Below, piece by piece: positions 40,440-49,648 of a stretch of 64,000 bases of DNA (position 1 is the stretch's first letter; each line of letters opens with the position of its first letter). The stretch is taken from contig CAVRAL010000001.1 of assembly GCA_963719085.1 (NCBI GenBank), positions 1,280,001 to 1,344,000 on the forward strand. Direction: 5' to 3'. The DNA is from a candidate division FCPU426 bacterium (lineage in GTDB: Bacteria; Oederibacteriota; Muellerivitia; Muellerivitales; Muellerivitaceae). The notes under the pieces were generated by a model. The model had not been told where the DNA came from and did not search any database. It worked only from the letters and a program-made list of their open reading frames with translations. Both the position numbers and the translations under genes were made by a program.

Positions 40440-41057
40440 TTATTTCAATACGCACCAAAAATTATCATCTTCAGCGCCAACATGGGCTTCTGGAGTGGTA
40501 GGTTGGCTCATACAAGCAACAACCTGTCCATCGCTATACTCCAAATACAAACCACTGGAGCTTTGAAATGTATAAACATTTGAGCCGTCCGGATCCACGC
40601 GCAGGAAAGTTATAGTCCACAAATGATTATTAGAATTGGCAAGACTATCTAACATTATTAAAGCTTTTGAATAATTGGTACCAAAAGGTCCTTGAATCAA
40701 GTAATAAACATTGGATCCATCAGAAAAATTATTACTGTAAATTGGCGTAACAACGGTTTGGCCTACCGCAGTAGGTATTGAGTTCATGCACCATTGGAAG
40801 TTTCTTGAACCGTCCGGAGGAGAAACTACGGTTTCTTGTTTATTGGTCATTCCGGCGCCATAAACATTAAGCCCGTATCTAATTTTATTTTTAGAACACC
40901 TCGAAAAAGTGTTGATGGTATAAACACTTGTCGGCGTAATAGCGCTTGCTTCACTTAAAAAACCAGAAATTAAATAAACGCTAACTAAACCAACGATAAT
41001 AAAAACCCCAAAAAATAAACTATTATTAAACCAAGTGGTCTTTCCGATCATATGCAA
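40440..41057 (-). CDS. AT-rich exported hypothetical protein, possible beta-trefoil (ricin/fascin-like) C-terminus
   Basis: N-terminal TM; HLWTI, YTFQSSSGLYLEY, NFW. Confidence 0.55.
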   Translation of the reverse strand: MHMIGKTTWFNNSLFFGVFIIVGLVSVYLISGFLSEASAITPTSVYTINTFSRCSKNKIRYGLNVYGAGMTNKQETVVSPPDGSRNFQWCMNSIPTAVGQTVVTPIYSNNFSDGSNVYYLIQGPFGTNYSKALIMLDSLANSNNHLWTITFLRVDPDGSNVYTFQSSSGLYLEYSDGQVVACMSQPTTPEAHVGAEDDNFWCVLK

Positions 41058-41649
41058 GTCACCTCAAATAATTTAATTTAAACACAGCCAATTTTATCCC
41101 TGCATGTTTCGAAAACCGTTCACCTTCATGTCGACTATAACTTGAAGGTGATCCTCAATCAAAACCGTCTACCAATTTGATCCTTAATAAACACCGGCAG
41201 CAAAAAATCTGCAGTTAAATAATCCCCACCAATAATAGTATTGGTTAAATCGTATTGTTCGGAACTAACTAGTGCAGCACCAGCAGAAACAAAACCGCCA
41301 TTTGACGTTCAACCGCCAGAAACAATAAAATCAAATAAAGATATACAAGCTAAAGAAATTAATTTCGTCATACATTCCAATCCGATTTAAATTTCAAGTA
41401 TTGTGCCTTTTTTTAAACATATATATCAATAATAAAATGTACCAAAATATTTTTTTACATTCCCATAACACAAACCACTGCAAGAGAACAAAGGGTCGAA
41501 TAGTCCATGCTTTCCCCAAATACAGACACAAAAATAAAAAGCCTAAATTGGAAACCCATGTTGGGGCCTTATTTATATGGCGGGGGCATAAACCCTCCAG
41601 GGGGGCTACGCCTGGATCTCTATCGCCCCACCAACCCTCCACCGCAAAT

Positions 41650-41687
41650 AAAAAAGCCCCCAAATGGTTGTCCATTTAGGGGCTTTT
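41650..41687 (-). terminator. Terminator just beyond the distal att copy
   Basis: AAAAAAGCCCC-CAAATGG-TTGT-CCATTTA-GGGGCTTTT. Confidence 0.75.
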
Positions 41688-41693
41688 ACTAGT

Positions 41694-41739
41694 ATGGCGG
41701 GGTTGACGGGGCTCGAACCCGCGACCTCCTGCGTGACAG
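41694..41739 (-). repeat. att site: 46-bp duplicate of the tRNA-Asp 3' half
   Basis: Identical to 52622-52667. Confidence 0.95.
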
Positions 41740-41794
41740 CTCAACGCGGATTTAGCCCGACTGCTCCAAAACCATTACCCTACAATGCGAATCT

Positions 41795-42907
41795 TCACTC
41801 TGCCGACTTAGCGATCTGTCCGTTTGTCATACTGGTGTCATTGTACTTTTCCACCTGTTTAAAGGCGTCCTCCCGGTCTTTCCGGTCGATCCGGTTGTAC
41901 CGTTTGAACATGGCATAAGTCTTATGGCCTGATATCGACATAATGACTGAATCGTTCACTCCCGCTTTCCTCAAATTAGTCACCGCGCAATGCCTAAGGT
42001 CGTGAAACCTGAAATCCACGATCCCCGCCTCGCGCCGGGCGTTGGTGAAAGCGGTTTTAATATCATCCATACGTTCGCCCTTATGGGTGAAAACATAAGG
42101 ACTTCCAAGGGTCTTAGGCGTCCGTTTCAAGAGTTCAATCAAAGTCTCCGTCAACGGCACTTCCCGTTTTTCTTGGGTTTTAGTGTCGGCGGCTTCCAGC
42201 GTAATAACCTTATGCTGAAAATCCACCTGCTCCCACCTTAGGCCCAAAATTTCACCCTTCCTCATACCCGTCCAATAAGCCAACTGGACAATGGTACTGA
42301 TACGGGGTGAACACCGCGCCAAAAACACCTGGTATTCCTCAGGTGATAAGGTACGGTCACGGGATGCTTCCTTGAAGGCTCGGACCCTCTGAATCGGGTT
42401 CTTCTCCGACAAACCGTTAAGAACAGCCCGATTCAAAATGCACTTGAGGATACCCAAGTCCCGGTTAATGGTGCTGTTAGACAGCGACTTCCCAAAACGG
42501 TTTTTTCCTGGACCCTGATTCCCGGCCTTCCGCCGATGGTTCAAAAAGCCTTCCACGAGGTCCGGGGTAAAACTCGTCAAGGGCCTGTCACCAAAATAGG
42601 CCTTGAGTCTGTCCACCATTTGGATGTCGTTTTCGTAGGTCTTCCTTCGCACTTCGGAATACCCTAGAAACGAATCCGCCGCCTCGAAAAAGCCCGGTTC
42701 CGGTTTGCCTTCGGCCAAAAACTTGCCCGCCACAATTTCCTGCGTATGCTTGGCAAGGATTAATCTAGCCTGGGCCGCCGGAATCTGTCCCAATCGGACC
42801 CTCTTACGCTTCTTAATTCCCCCTTCTTCGACAAAATAATCTAAAAAATAACCCTTCAAATCCTTTCGGAGATGTTCGGGCAATCCATGAACATTAGGTT
42901 TACTCAT
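41795..42907 (-). CDS. int: Tyrosine recombinase / phage-type integrase
   Basis: TGMRKGE, FHDLRH, SGHKT..MFKRY catalytic residues. Confidence 0.95.
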   Translation of the reverse strand: MSKPNVHGLPEHLRKDLKGYFLDYFVEEGGIKKRKRVRLGQIPAAQARLILAKHTQEIVAGKFLAEGKPEPGFFEAADSFLGYSEVRRKTYENDIQMVDRLKAYFGDRPLTSFTPDLVEGFLNHRRKAGNQGPGKNRFGKSLSNSTINRDLGILKCILNRAVLNGLSEKNPIQRVRAFKEASRDRTLSPEEYQVFLARCSPRISTIVQLAYWTGMRKGEILGLRWEQVDFQHKVITLEAADTKTQEKREVPLTETLIELLKRTPKTLGSPYVFTHKGERMDDIKTAFTNARREAGIVDFRFHDLRHCAVTNLRKAGVNDSVIMSISGHKTYAMFKRYNRIDRKDREDAFKQVEKYNDTSMTNGQIAKSAE

Positions 42908-43106
42908 TACGTCCTCCCAATGTCCCTAGCGGCTCAATTGTATCAGGCTTGTGAAAAACCCGGTTAAACTCTGAAAGCCATATCCGCGGGTGTTTCCCCA
43001 CCTTTACAAAAGGCAATACCCCAGTTTGCCGCCAATACTTAACCGTATTGGGGCTAACCTTTGCTAATTGGGCTACCTCTTGATCCGTTAATAAGCTATC
43101 AGCCAT
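42900..43106 (-). CDS. Excisionase-like HTH protein
   Basis: LLTDQEVAQLAKVSPNTVKYW..G.LP.VKVG; overlaps the int start. Confidence 0.85.
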   Translation of the reverse strand: MADSLLTDQEVAQLAKVSPNTVKYWRQTGVLPFVKVGKHPRIWLSEFNRVFHKPDTIEPLGTLGGRNE

Positions 43107-43124
43107 AAATTTAACCCTATCCTT

Positions 43125-43224
43125 AAATTACTCCCCGATAACCGGGGATAAACTTTCAAAAACTGCTTTTAAATTCGTTTAAAACTATCGGTTAACTTCT
43201 AAATAACTCCCCTAATATTTGGGA
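43125..43224. promoter_or_regulatory. Two copies of AAATwACTCCCC-N7-kGGGA upstream of xis-int
   Basis: 43125-43148 and 43201-43224. Confidence 0.5.
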
Positions 43225-43229
43225 AATCC

Positions 43230-43619
43230 CTAAGAAGATTCCCCCTCCCCTGCTTTAGCCTTCTTTTTTAACCCCTTTTTAATTTGAAGCTTTATGGCTT
43301 CAATTTCGGCTTTTAAAGCCGTTTCAACGAACTTCGTATCCTCATCCACGAATAACCCCCTCTTATCCCTAACATCCTTCAATTTGGCCTTCACTTCTTC
43401 CAACAGGGCTACTTTTTCGAGGATTAGCCCCCCGGACTTCTTTTTGAATGCTTCGCCTTCCCCTTCCATCCATTCCCGAAGCTTTTCTTCTCCCCTTGCC
43501 CTTCGAATGAAAGCTTGAAGACCGCAGGCATCACATATGAAATACGGTTTTGCTTTCACCGTTTTCTTAACTTCAACCATTCCGCCACATAAAAAACATG
43601 GGATTTTGTTTAATTCCAT
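43230..43619 (-). CDS. Zn-ribbon + coiled-coil protein
   Basis: CFLCG...CDACG followed by a helical tail. Confidence 0.7.
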   Translation of the reverse strand: MELNKIPCFLCGGMVEVKKTVKAKPYFICDACGLQAFIRRARGEEKLREWMEGEGEAFKKKSGGLILEKVALLEEVKAKLKDVRDKRGLFVDEDTKFVETALKAEIEAIKLQIKKGLKKKAKAGEGESS

Positions 43620-43689
43620 GAAATGACCATCCTTTCGTTACGTTACGTTCGTTGTGGACCATTCCCCCAGAAAAGACTCAGGGGGAAAT

Positions 43690-43725
43690 AAAAAAGCCCA
43701 TAGAAGAATGATTCCTTCTATGGGC
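43690..43725 (-). terminator. Terminator hairpin
   Basis: AAAAAA-GCCCATAGAAG...CTTCTATGGGC. Confidence 0.7.
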
Positions 43726-43800
43726 GAATACTAAACGACTAATGGAAAAAGACGGTAGGAGCGGACAAGGAACGACGAAGGAATGAAACAGATTTATCTT

Positions 43801-44712
43801 TTATGAATTTTGGGTAGGATTCTCAAAAGAAAGGCCGAGATCAATTTCCCGAACACTATTTTCGAGGTATTTCGGATTCAATTGCCAAAAGCCTTTTCCC
43901 GAAGGCCCAGCAATCACCAATTCATGCCACGATTCCCCTTTATGGCTTTTGAATATTTGGCTCAGGGAATCGCTTTGAATTTCCTTCGGTAAATAGGCGT
44001 GAATTTCGTCAATATGAATTTCGGGGAGGTTTTTCAAAAAGGTTTCGAATAGAATTCGAACAACCTTGGCCGCGTTCGAATGAAATGACCATTTCTTCTT
44101 CCCAAACATAACCACGTTACACAATTTCGAATAACAGAGCTGTGTTTTCGACTCCCCAAGGGAATTCCCCTGATTAGGATAAAGGCGTAAATCCAGCCTG
44201 AATTTCACCCAAGCTTCCCCTAAAAGGCTCTGAATATCTTTGTAATTCAAATAAACGTCAATATGCTCATCACCCGAAAACCCTATTTGGTCTTGGCCGA
44301 ATTCCCCGCCTGTATTCCTAGTCCCACTTGACCAAAACGTTCCGTAATATCCCAAATGCCCTAGGGCCTCTTTCGAAGCTTCGACCGAAATTTCGGTCAA
44401 TTCGGAAATTCGAACCGCCGAAATAGACTTCAAATTGGGGTTTTTACGAAGTTCAATCCGGATTGCCTTGATAACCTTATCAAGGTTTTCGAATACCGTA
44501 TCTTTCGAATTAACTACCCAAATACCCAAAAGATTTAAAAGGTTGTCCGTAACAAAGGCCCGATGTAGGTTTTCATACTTAAACCCTGCTGGAATTTCAC
44601 CGTAAAGATTCACTTTAAATGTCGCGGGATCGGGGACACCTTCATTGGCGTATATGGCCTTAAGCCAAAGCATTTCAGGCTTCGAAAGTTTAAGGTCTTT
44701 TAAAAATAACAT
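43801..44712 (-). CDS. Hypothetical protein, possible wHTH domains
   Basis: 303-aa ORF; HTH-like ISAVRISELTEISVEASKEALGHL and a C-terminal wHTH-like segment. Confidence 0.6.
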   Translation of the reverse strand: MLFLKDLKLSKPEMLWLKAIYANEGVPDPATFKVNLYGEIPAGFKYENLHRAFVTDNLLNLLGIWVVNSKDTVFENLDKVIKAIRIELRKNPNLKSISAVRISELTEISVEASKEALGHLGYYGTFWSSGTRNTGGEFGQDQIGFSGDEHIDVYLNYKDIQSLLGEAWVKFRLDLRLYPNQGNSLGESKTQLCYSKLCNVVMFGKKKWSFHSNAAKVVRILFETFLKNLPEIHIDEIHAYLPKEIQSDSLSQIFKSHKGESWHELVIAGPSGKGFWQLNPKYLENSVREIDLGLSFENPTQNS

Positions 44713-44783
44713 CTATCATTTAACCCCGTTATTCGGAAAAACTAAAATCAACTAAACCACTTCAAAACCAAACAAATGCACAT

Positions 44784-45659
44784 TCAATCAGAAGTAATTT
44801 TATTTAACCAAGATTTCACAATCTTCAGCGATTCTTCATTACTATTGTAATTTTCGTATATCTTATGAAAAAAATCGGAGGGCATTTTTTGAATATTTTT
44901 ATTTTTCAAAAGCAAACACTTCCGCTGCAGGAAATGCATCATTCCGAGTTCATATGTGACATTTGGGTTGAAGATCGGTTTCCGTGGCAAAGAATCAAAT
45001 ATAGCTATGCCATATTTGGAACTTATTAAACAAGCTTGCCAGTTATACATGTCGTCAGTTAAAGAATGTTCATTCGCAATAATGGCATTGAACGTTTTAT
45101 CGTTTTCATGATATTCGTTAATAGTTTTTTTTATCGCAAGATACAGCTTACTACTTGCTTTTTCGTAACGAGTCATAATAAAAACATTGGTATCAAAAGG
45201 ATATTTTTTTAAAAATTTTTCTATTTTCCCGACATGTCCAACCAAATGAGGTGGAAATAATTCCGAAGGTAAATCCGGAATACTTTGAATGAACCCCAGA
45301 TGTTGAATTGCAGTTCCCGGCGCCCCCCCAAACTTAAGGGTATTTATAGTCAATAAACCGATTATTTTTCGTATGTCTTTTAACTTTAATCGAAATTTAG
45401 ATTTATTAATTTTTTTCGTAATATTCGAAAACACGTATTCAAATATTGGCTCAACTTGACTCAATAAGTCTGTATTGCTTTTTGTAGCGCTAAAAATAAC
45501 CTTTATGTTCTGCGACCAGGTGAAATAGAGTTCGTTTAACCGTTCTTTAAGCGATGAATCAGTAATGGTTTTCGTACTGATCTTTGAAATGTCGCCAATG
45601 ATGGCGTCCAGTTCCTGATTAAAAACTTTAATCTTTACCATCAAATGGCTAGATGTCAT
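44784..45659 (-). CDS. Helical N-domain + TIR/nucleoside deoxyribosyltransferase-like C-domain
   Basis: VFIMTRY...GIAIFD...NPNVTYELGMM...LLLK...PSDF. Confidence 0.7.
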   Translation of the reverse strand: MTSSHLMVKIKVFNQELDAIIGDISKISTKTITDSSLKERLNELYFTWSQNIKVIFSATKSNTDLLSQVEPIFEYVFSNITKKINKSKFRLKLKDIRKIIGLLTINTLKFGGAPGTAIQHLGFIQSIPDLPSELFPPHLVGHVGKIEKFLKKYPFDTNVFIMTRYEKASSKLYLAIKKTINEYHENDKTFNAIIANEHSLTDDMYNWQACLISSKYGIAIFDSLPRKPIFNPNVTYELGMMHFLQRKCLLLKNKNIQKMPSDFFHKIYENYNSNEESLKIVKSWLNKITSD

Positions 45660-46141
45660 TTTTTAGAAGAAGCTATTAAATTCAAAACGATATCTTCTCC
45701 ACTAGTTGTGAGTGCAAAAGTCCTTTTATTTTCTTCATTTTCACCCGCTCCCATCATTAACCCTTGCTTGACTAACTTAGAAACGGTGTCACTGATATTT
45801 GTGAATTTTGATTGCTTAGCGTTTTTACATAATTCAGCAATGTCAGATGTTGTGAAATTGGGCTTATCGAGATTATTTTCCAAAAAATAAGCTAATGCCA
45901 AAGCTAAATCAGCTTGGCTTTTTGGTGAAACTTTTTTCCTTATAAACTCGCTAGGAGCCAAAGCCTTATCAATCGGCTTCGAAACCGCTTGCGCAGCCGA
46001 AGGAATTACCATAGAGTCGCCAAGATTATTTTTTTTATGTTTGGCAATAAATTCTTCAATTTTATTTTCCACATACTTCTCAGGTCCCGTAACTTCGACG
46101 GAAAAATTCCCTAATTGTACTTTTATTGTTACGTTCGGCAT
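45656..46141 (-). CDS. Winged-helix protein
   Basis: LAYFLE..FTTSDI..NISDTVSKLVKQGLM..FALTTSG; ATGA overlap with the next gene; start taken at MPNV. Confidence 0.65.
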   Translation of the reverse strand: MPNVTIKVQLGNFSVEVTGPEKYVENKIEEFIAKHKKNNLGDSMVIPSAAQAVSKPIDKALAPSEFIRKKVSPKSQADLALALAYFLENNLDKPNFTTSDIAELCKNAKQSKFTNISDTVSKLVKQGLMMGAGENEENKRTFALTTSGEDIVLNLIASSKK

Positions 46142-46347
46142 TTGTTTCCTCGATTCAAAACTTAATGTTATTTGGATATTGAAATGCAAAGGAACTGCAT
46201 CTCCGCAGTATACAGCTATCGTTTCCAGGCACATCGCTTTAATCAGATAATTCTAATTCGCAAACTACTATCTGGGTTAAATCTGAAAAAGCAAACTTCT
46301 GTCAAAGCAGACATTTTTAAATAATCAACGGCTTGTGGCATTTGAAA

Positions 46348-46749
46348 TCAATGTTGTTCGATGTACTCCTGAATCTTCTTCTTAAACTCAATCGGGCTTT
46401 CAATACATTTATAAACTTCTCTAATACCGCCGGAACTCGCAATAATAATTGTACCGTAATTCAACCATCTCCCGAATATCCCCTGGTTTACAGCGATATT
46501 TGAAATTTTGTTTAACTGTGTTTCCAACGTGCGAGTTTCAAAAACACCCACTTTAATTAAAGTCCTCTTATCGGTAACTGCAAATTCAGAAGATTTTCTC
46601 TTTATAAAATTATAAACCCCTAAAATGATCCCCAATGGGAAAAATACTATTAACCAAAAAACCGTCCAACGAAAAACGATCCAATGAAATCGCGTTTCAT
46701 AAATAAGTTTTTCGTCATTTGCTAAATTCTCATCAATATAACGGCCCAT
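46348..46749 (-). CDS. Bacterial PH-domain (bPH_2) membrane protein
   Basis: EFAVTDKR..KVG, VNQGIFGRWLNYGTI. Confidence 0.85.
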   Translation of the reverse strand: MGRYIDENLANDEKLIYETRFHWIVFRWTVFWLIVFFPLGIILGVYNFIKRKSSEFAVTDKRTLIKVGVFETRTLETQLNKISNIAVNQGIFGRWLNYGTIIIASSGGIREVYKCIESPIEFKKKIQEYIEQH

Positions 46750-46900
46750 TGCCCCCCCTATTTCTTCACGATTTTAATATTTTCTGTTTTTTAAATCGCG
46801 CCTATTTCGCATTCACCTCATTACTCATGCTTTACTTTTTCTGACTTTCGACTCCAATCACCCAAGTTGAACCGCCATCACAACTTCACTTACATAAAAT

Positions 46901-47671
46901 TCAATTTTGAGTTCTCGTTCTATTTTCAAAAAGGAGTTTTTTGAAGATCACTTCGTTGTGGTAAAACACACTTTCTTTGCTAACCAAATGGTCCTTAGCT
47001 ATCTTTAATTTGAATTTATTTAACGCTATAGCGCCGAAGTCCAATAAAACATGATGTAAAGGACACACACAAATAACATTTTCTACTTTATCCGAGCCCT
47101 TGTGTTGTCGACCCAATGGCCTTATATGATGGGCTTCAGAATAGAAGTTTCCACGGGACAATCGAATTCGTTTGCCACATACCTGACACCGATGTTGGTG
47201 CATTTCCTTTACCCATCTGGAAACTTTGGTATCTCTAATAATTCGATAACTTTCTTTAAGCAACCTTCTTATCTCTTGAGAACCTTTAGGCATGTCGAAA
47301 GCCCGTAGTCGTCGCCTCTTAATATTTTGCGCTTTCATTTTTGAGGCTTGTTCCGAGGTTCGGATCATTTGTCTGACTTCAGAGTACTTAAAATTTCTAT
47401 AGCCAGGAACGGCCGATATACCTTTCTTAACATGCAAATCATGCCCATGTTGAAAATATTTATTTTTCTCATAGGTCTTACGATTGCGAATTACTAAATA
47501 GCCGCCTTTGTCAAAGAGCACACCCGGGAAATTTTTTAGGCTGTGATACCACTTACCGTCCTTACGATATAAGGCATGTTTTGCCCCAAGGCCAAAGTGG
47601 GCATTCAACATCTTTCCAGTTAACTTTTCAGAGTTTTTTTTATTTATTATATTTTTCAAAACATTGTCCAT
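46901..47671 (-). CDS. HNH endonuclease (McrA-like C-terminal domain)
   Basis: CQVCG...YSEAHHIRPL..GSD.VENVICVCPLHH. Confidence 0.88.
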   Translation of the reverse strand: MDNVLKNIINKKNSEKLTGKMLNAHFGLGAKHALYRKDGKWYHSLKNFPGVLFDKGGYLVIRNRKTYEKNKYFQHGHDLHVKKGISAVPGYRNFKYSEVRQMIRTSEQASKMKAQNIKRRRLRAFDMPKGSQEIRRLLKESYRIIRDTKVSRWVKEMHQHRCQVCGKRIRLSRGNFYSEAHHIRPLGRQHKGSDKVENVICVCPLHHVLLDFGAIALNKFKLKIAKDHLVSKESVFYHNEVIFKKLLFENRTRTQN

Positions 47672-47690
47672 TTAATCATCAAAAAAATAA

Positions 47691-48479
47691 TTAGACCGCG
47701 TAAGGACGCCGAAGCGAAAGATACCCTTCGACCGTTTTCACAATTTGAATTGAAGCACCATCATCTATGTCAGGAACACCAATGACTTTAGAAATCCAAG
47801 CCATTTTTCCATCACGCCTAACTATCCAATTCGACAAGACTCCAGAACTATCCTCAATTTGAATTTCGCCATTAGGAATTCTAATTGTAGACGCAAACAT
47901 AATTGCTCCATCAGTCGCACTATACTTTCCAAATCCCAAACTTTCTTTCCGAACATCTAAAGTCCCCTCAACACCATAAGCTACAACACCATTGCCAGTT
48001 CGAAAGACAGATACAGAAAGCATCTGAACATCCAAACCTAGTAATGCGAGTTCCCAAGAACGAAAATTTTTGTTAGCTACGACAGCAACGCGCTTGGGTA
48101 CGTTATCTAAAAAATTAACAGCTTGTCCTCGGGAGATATCCAAGCTACTAGCCAGAGTACTAATACAATCATCCTCCCAGCGACCGTACCTTAGTACCTG
48201 AAGTTGAGGCAATACATGTTGCTCAAGAGAATGTGATACTAATTCCACCTCGATAACAAACCAATGAGAAGCGTCTGGAGCAACAAGTGCCAAATCCGCC
48301 CTAGATTTCCGGCCTTCAAAGCTGAAGGTCCCCCTAAATGGGATGCACTTATAGCCAAGCCTAAAACACATTAAAGCCTTTGCCACTTCGCTTTCAAACT
48401 GAGCCTCAGTGAAAGAGACAGGATCAACCAGTCCAAACCGACGATCATCTGAACACTCTCCTACCATAACCATCTTCAT
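47691..48479 (-). CDS. PD-(D/E)xK-like nuclease-fold protein
   Basis: E..FE, RADLALV, WFVIEVEL..H; ATGA overlap with the helicase stop. Confidence 0.6.
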   Translation of the reverse strand: MKMVMVGECSDDRRFGLVDPVSFTEAQFESEVAKALMCFRLGYKCIPFRGTFSFEGRKSRADLALVAPDASHWFVIEVELVSHSLEQHVLPQLQVLRYGRWEDDCISTLASSLDISRGQAVNFLDNVPKRVAVVANKNFRSWELALLGLDVQMLSVSVFRTGNGVVAYGVEGTLDVRKESLGFGKYSATDGAIMFASTIRIPNGEIQIEDSSGVLSNWIVRRDGKMAWISKVIGVPDIDDGASIQIVKTVEGYLSLRRPYAV

Positions 48480-49639
48480 GCCTTGCCCCATTCCACTTTG
48501 GCAATTCCTTCCATTTCCCGTTCCTCTTCTTTTAACCGTGCCACTTCAGGATCAGTCGCGACCAATGTATAAACAACAGCATTACTCTTATCATGGGAAG
48601 GGCGCAAAACTCTCCCAAGTCTTTGAATGCGCTGTCGCCTTGTTGCCGTGCTCGCAGCGACAATCCCGATTTCAACTTCAGGAACATTAAAGCCTTCATC
48701 CAAAGCACGACATGTAACCAAAACATTTATTATACCTTTTCTAAAAGCAGCCAGTGTTTCAGCTCGCTCCCGTAAAGGTAATTTAGAATGATAGACGCCA
48801 GCTTTTACAGAGTTTGTCGTGAGCACTTCATAAATCAAATTGCAAGCTTCAATGTCTTCGTGAAAAACAAGAATCCTTCTTCCTGCGTTCTTCCGAACGA
48901 GACGCAACGCCAACTTTACGCGATTCAAACTCATATTTAAAATACGGCTCCTGCGCAATAACAGCGCTATGGTTTCTTCGGCTTCTATCCCTCGGCTTTG
49001 TATTGAGCGCGCAATCGATCGAGTTAACTTGTCATATTCCCTTTGATTATCTTCCTCCAAATCAAAAACGATATTTTTCAAAACGAAAGGAACAATTAAT
49101 TTGTCACGAAGGGCATCTTTATATGTATATTCGTAAATTACATTTCCAAGCTGCGGAATTAATATTTCCGTCAACCAATCATCGTAAGCACGCTCAGGGG
49201 TTGCAGAAAGTCCCAATGATGCTGATCGAGGAACCTGGAAAATGTTGCGGAACTTCTCACTTGCAGCTTTATGACATTCATCAACAATTAGAAGGCAGGA
49301 CTTACCCAAGTGTGCAGATGCTTTGGACCAATCCAATTTCGCAGCTGAATTCAAAACCGCAATATTGATCGCCCCACGCCTGAATCCTTGGCGCTTATCA
49401 ATTATTCGTATGTCGTCGAGTTCGAGTCCAAAGTAGTGGCTAGCTTCTTCCCACCACTGTTCAAGCAATGCTAACGTGGGAACTACAATGAGAGTTGTTT
49501 CTGGCGAAATCTCTTTGATGCAGGCAAGAGCAAAAACAGTTTTACCGGCACCTGTAACAACACTGGCGATACCCTTATTACCTGCCGCTTTCCAAACCTT
49601 TAGGGCTTCCTTTTGCCATTGTCGTAATTGGTTGCTCAT
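48476..49639 (-). CDS. SF2 DExH helicase (XPB/Ssl2-like)
   Basis: LRQWQ, TGAGKT, DECH, SAT, LDEGFNVP, QRLGRVLR. Confidence 0.92.
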   Translation of the reverse strand: MSNQLRQWQKEALKVWKAAGNKGIASVVTGAGKTVFALACIKEISPETTLIVVPTLALLEQWWEEASHYFGLELDDIRIIDKRQGFRRGAINIAVLNSAAKLDWSKASAHLGKSCLLIVDECHKAASEKFRNIFQVPRSASLGLSATPERAYDDWLTEILIPQLGNVIYEYTYKDALRDKLIVPFVLKNIVFDLEEDNQREYDKLTRSIARSIQSRGIEAEETIALLLRRSRILNMSLNRVKLALRLVRKNAGRRILVFHEDIEACNLIYEVLTTNSVKAGVYHSKLPLRERAETLAAFRKGIINVLVTCRALDEGFNVPEVEIGIVAASTATRRQRIQRLGRVLRPSHDKSNAVVYTLVATDPEVARLKEEEREMEGIAKVEWGKA

Positions 49640-49648
49640 TTTTATCGC

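Noticed and set aside
41694..41739. Second tRNA-Asp gene
   Set aside because: Only the 3' 46 nt are present; it is the att duplication.
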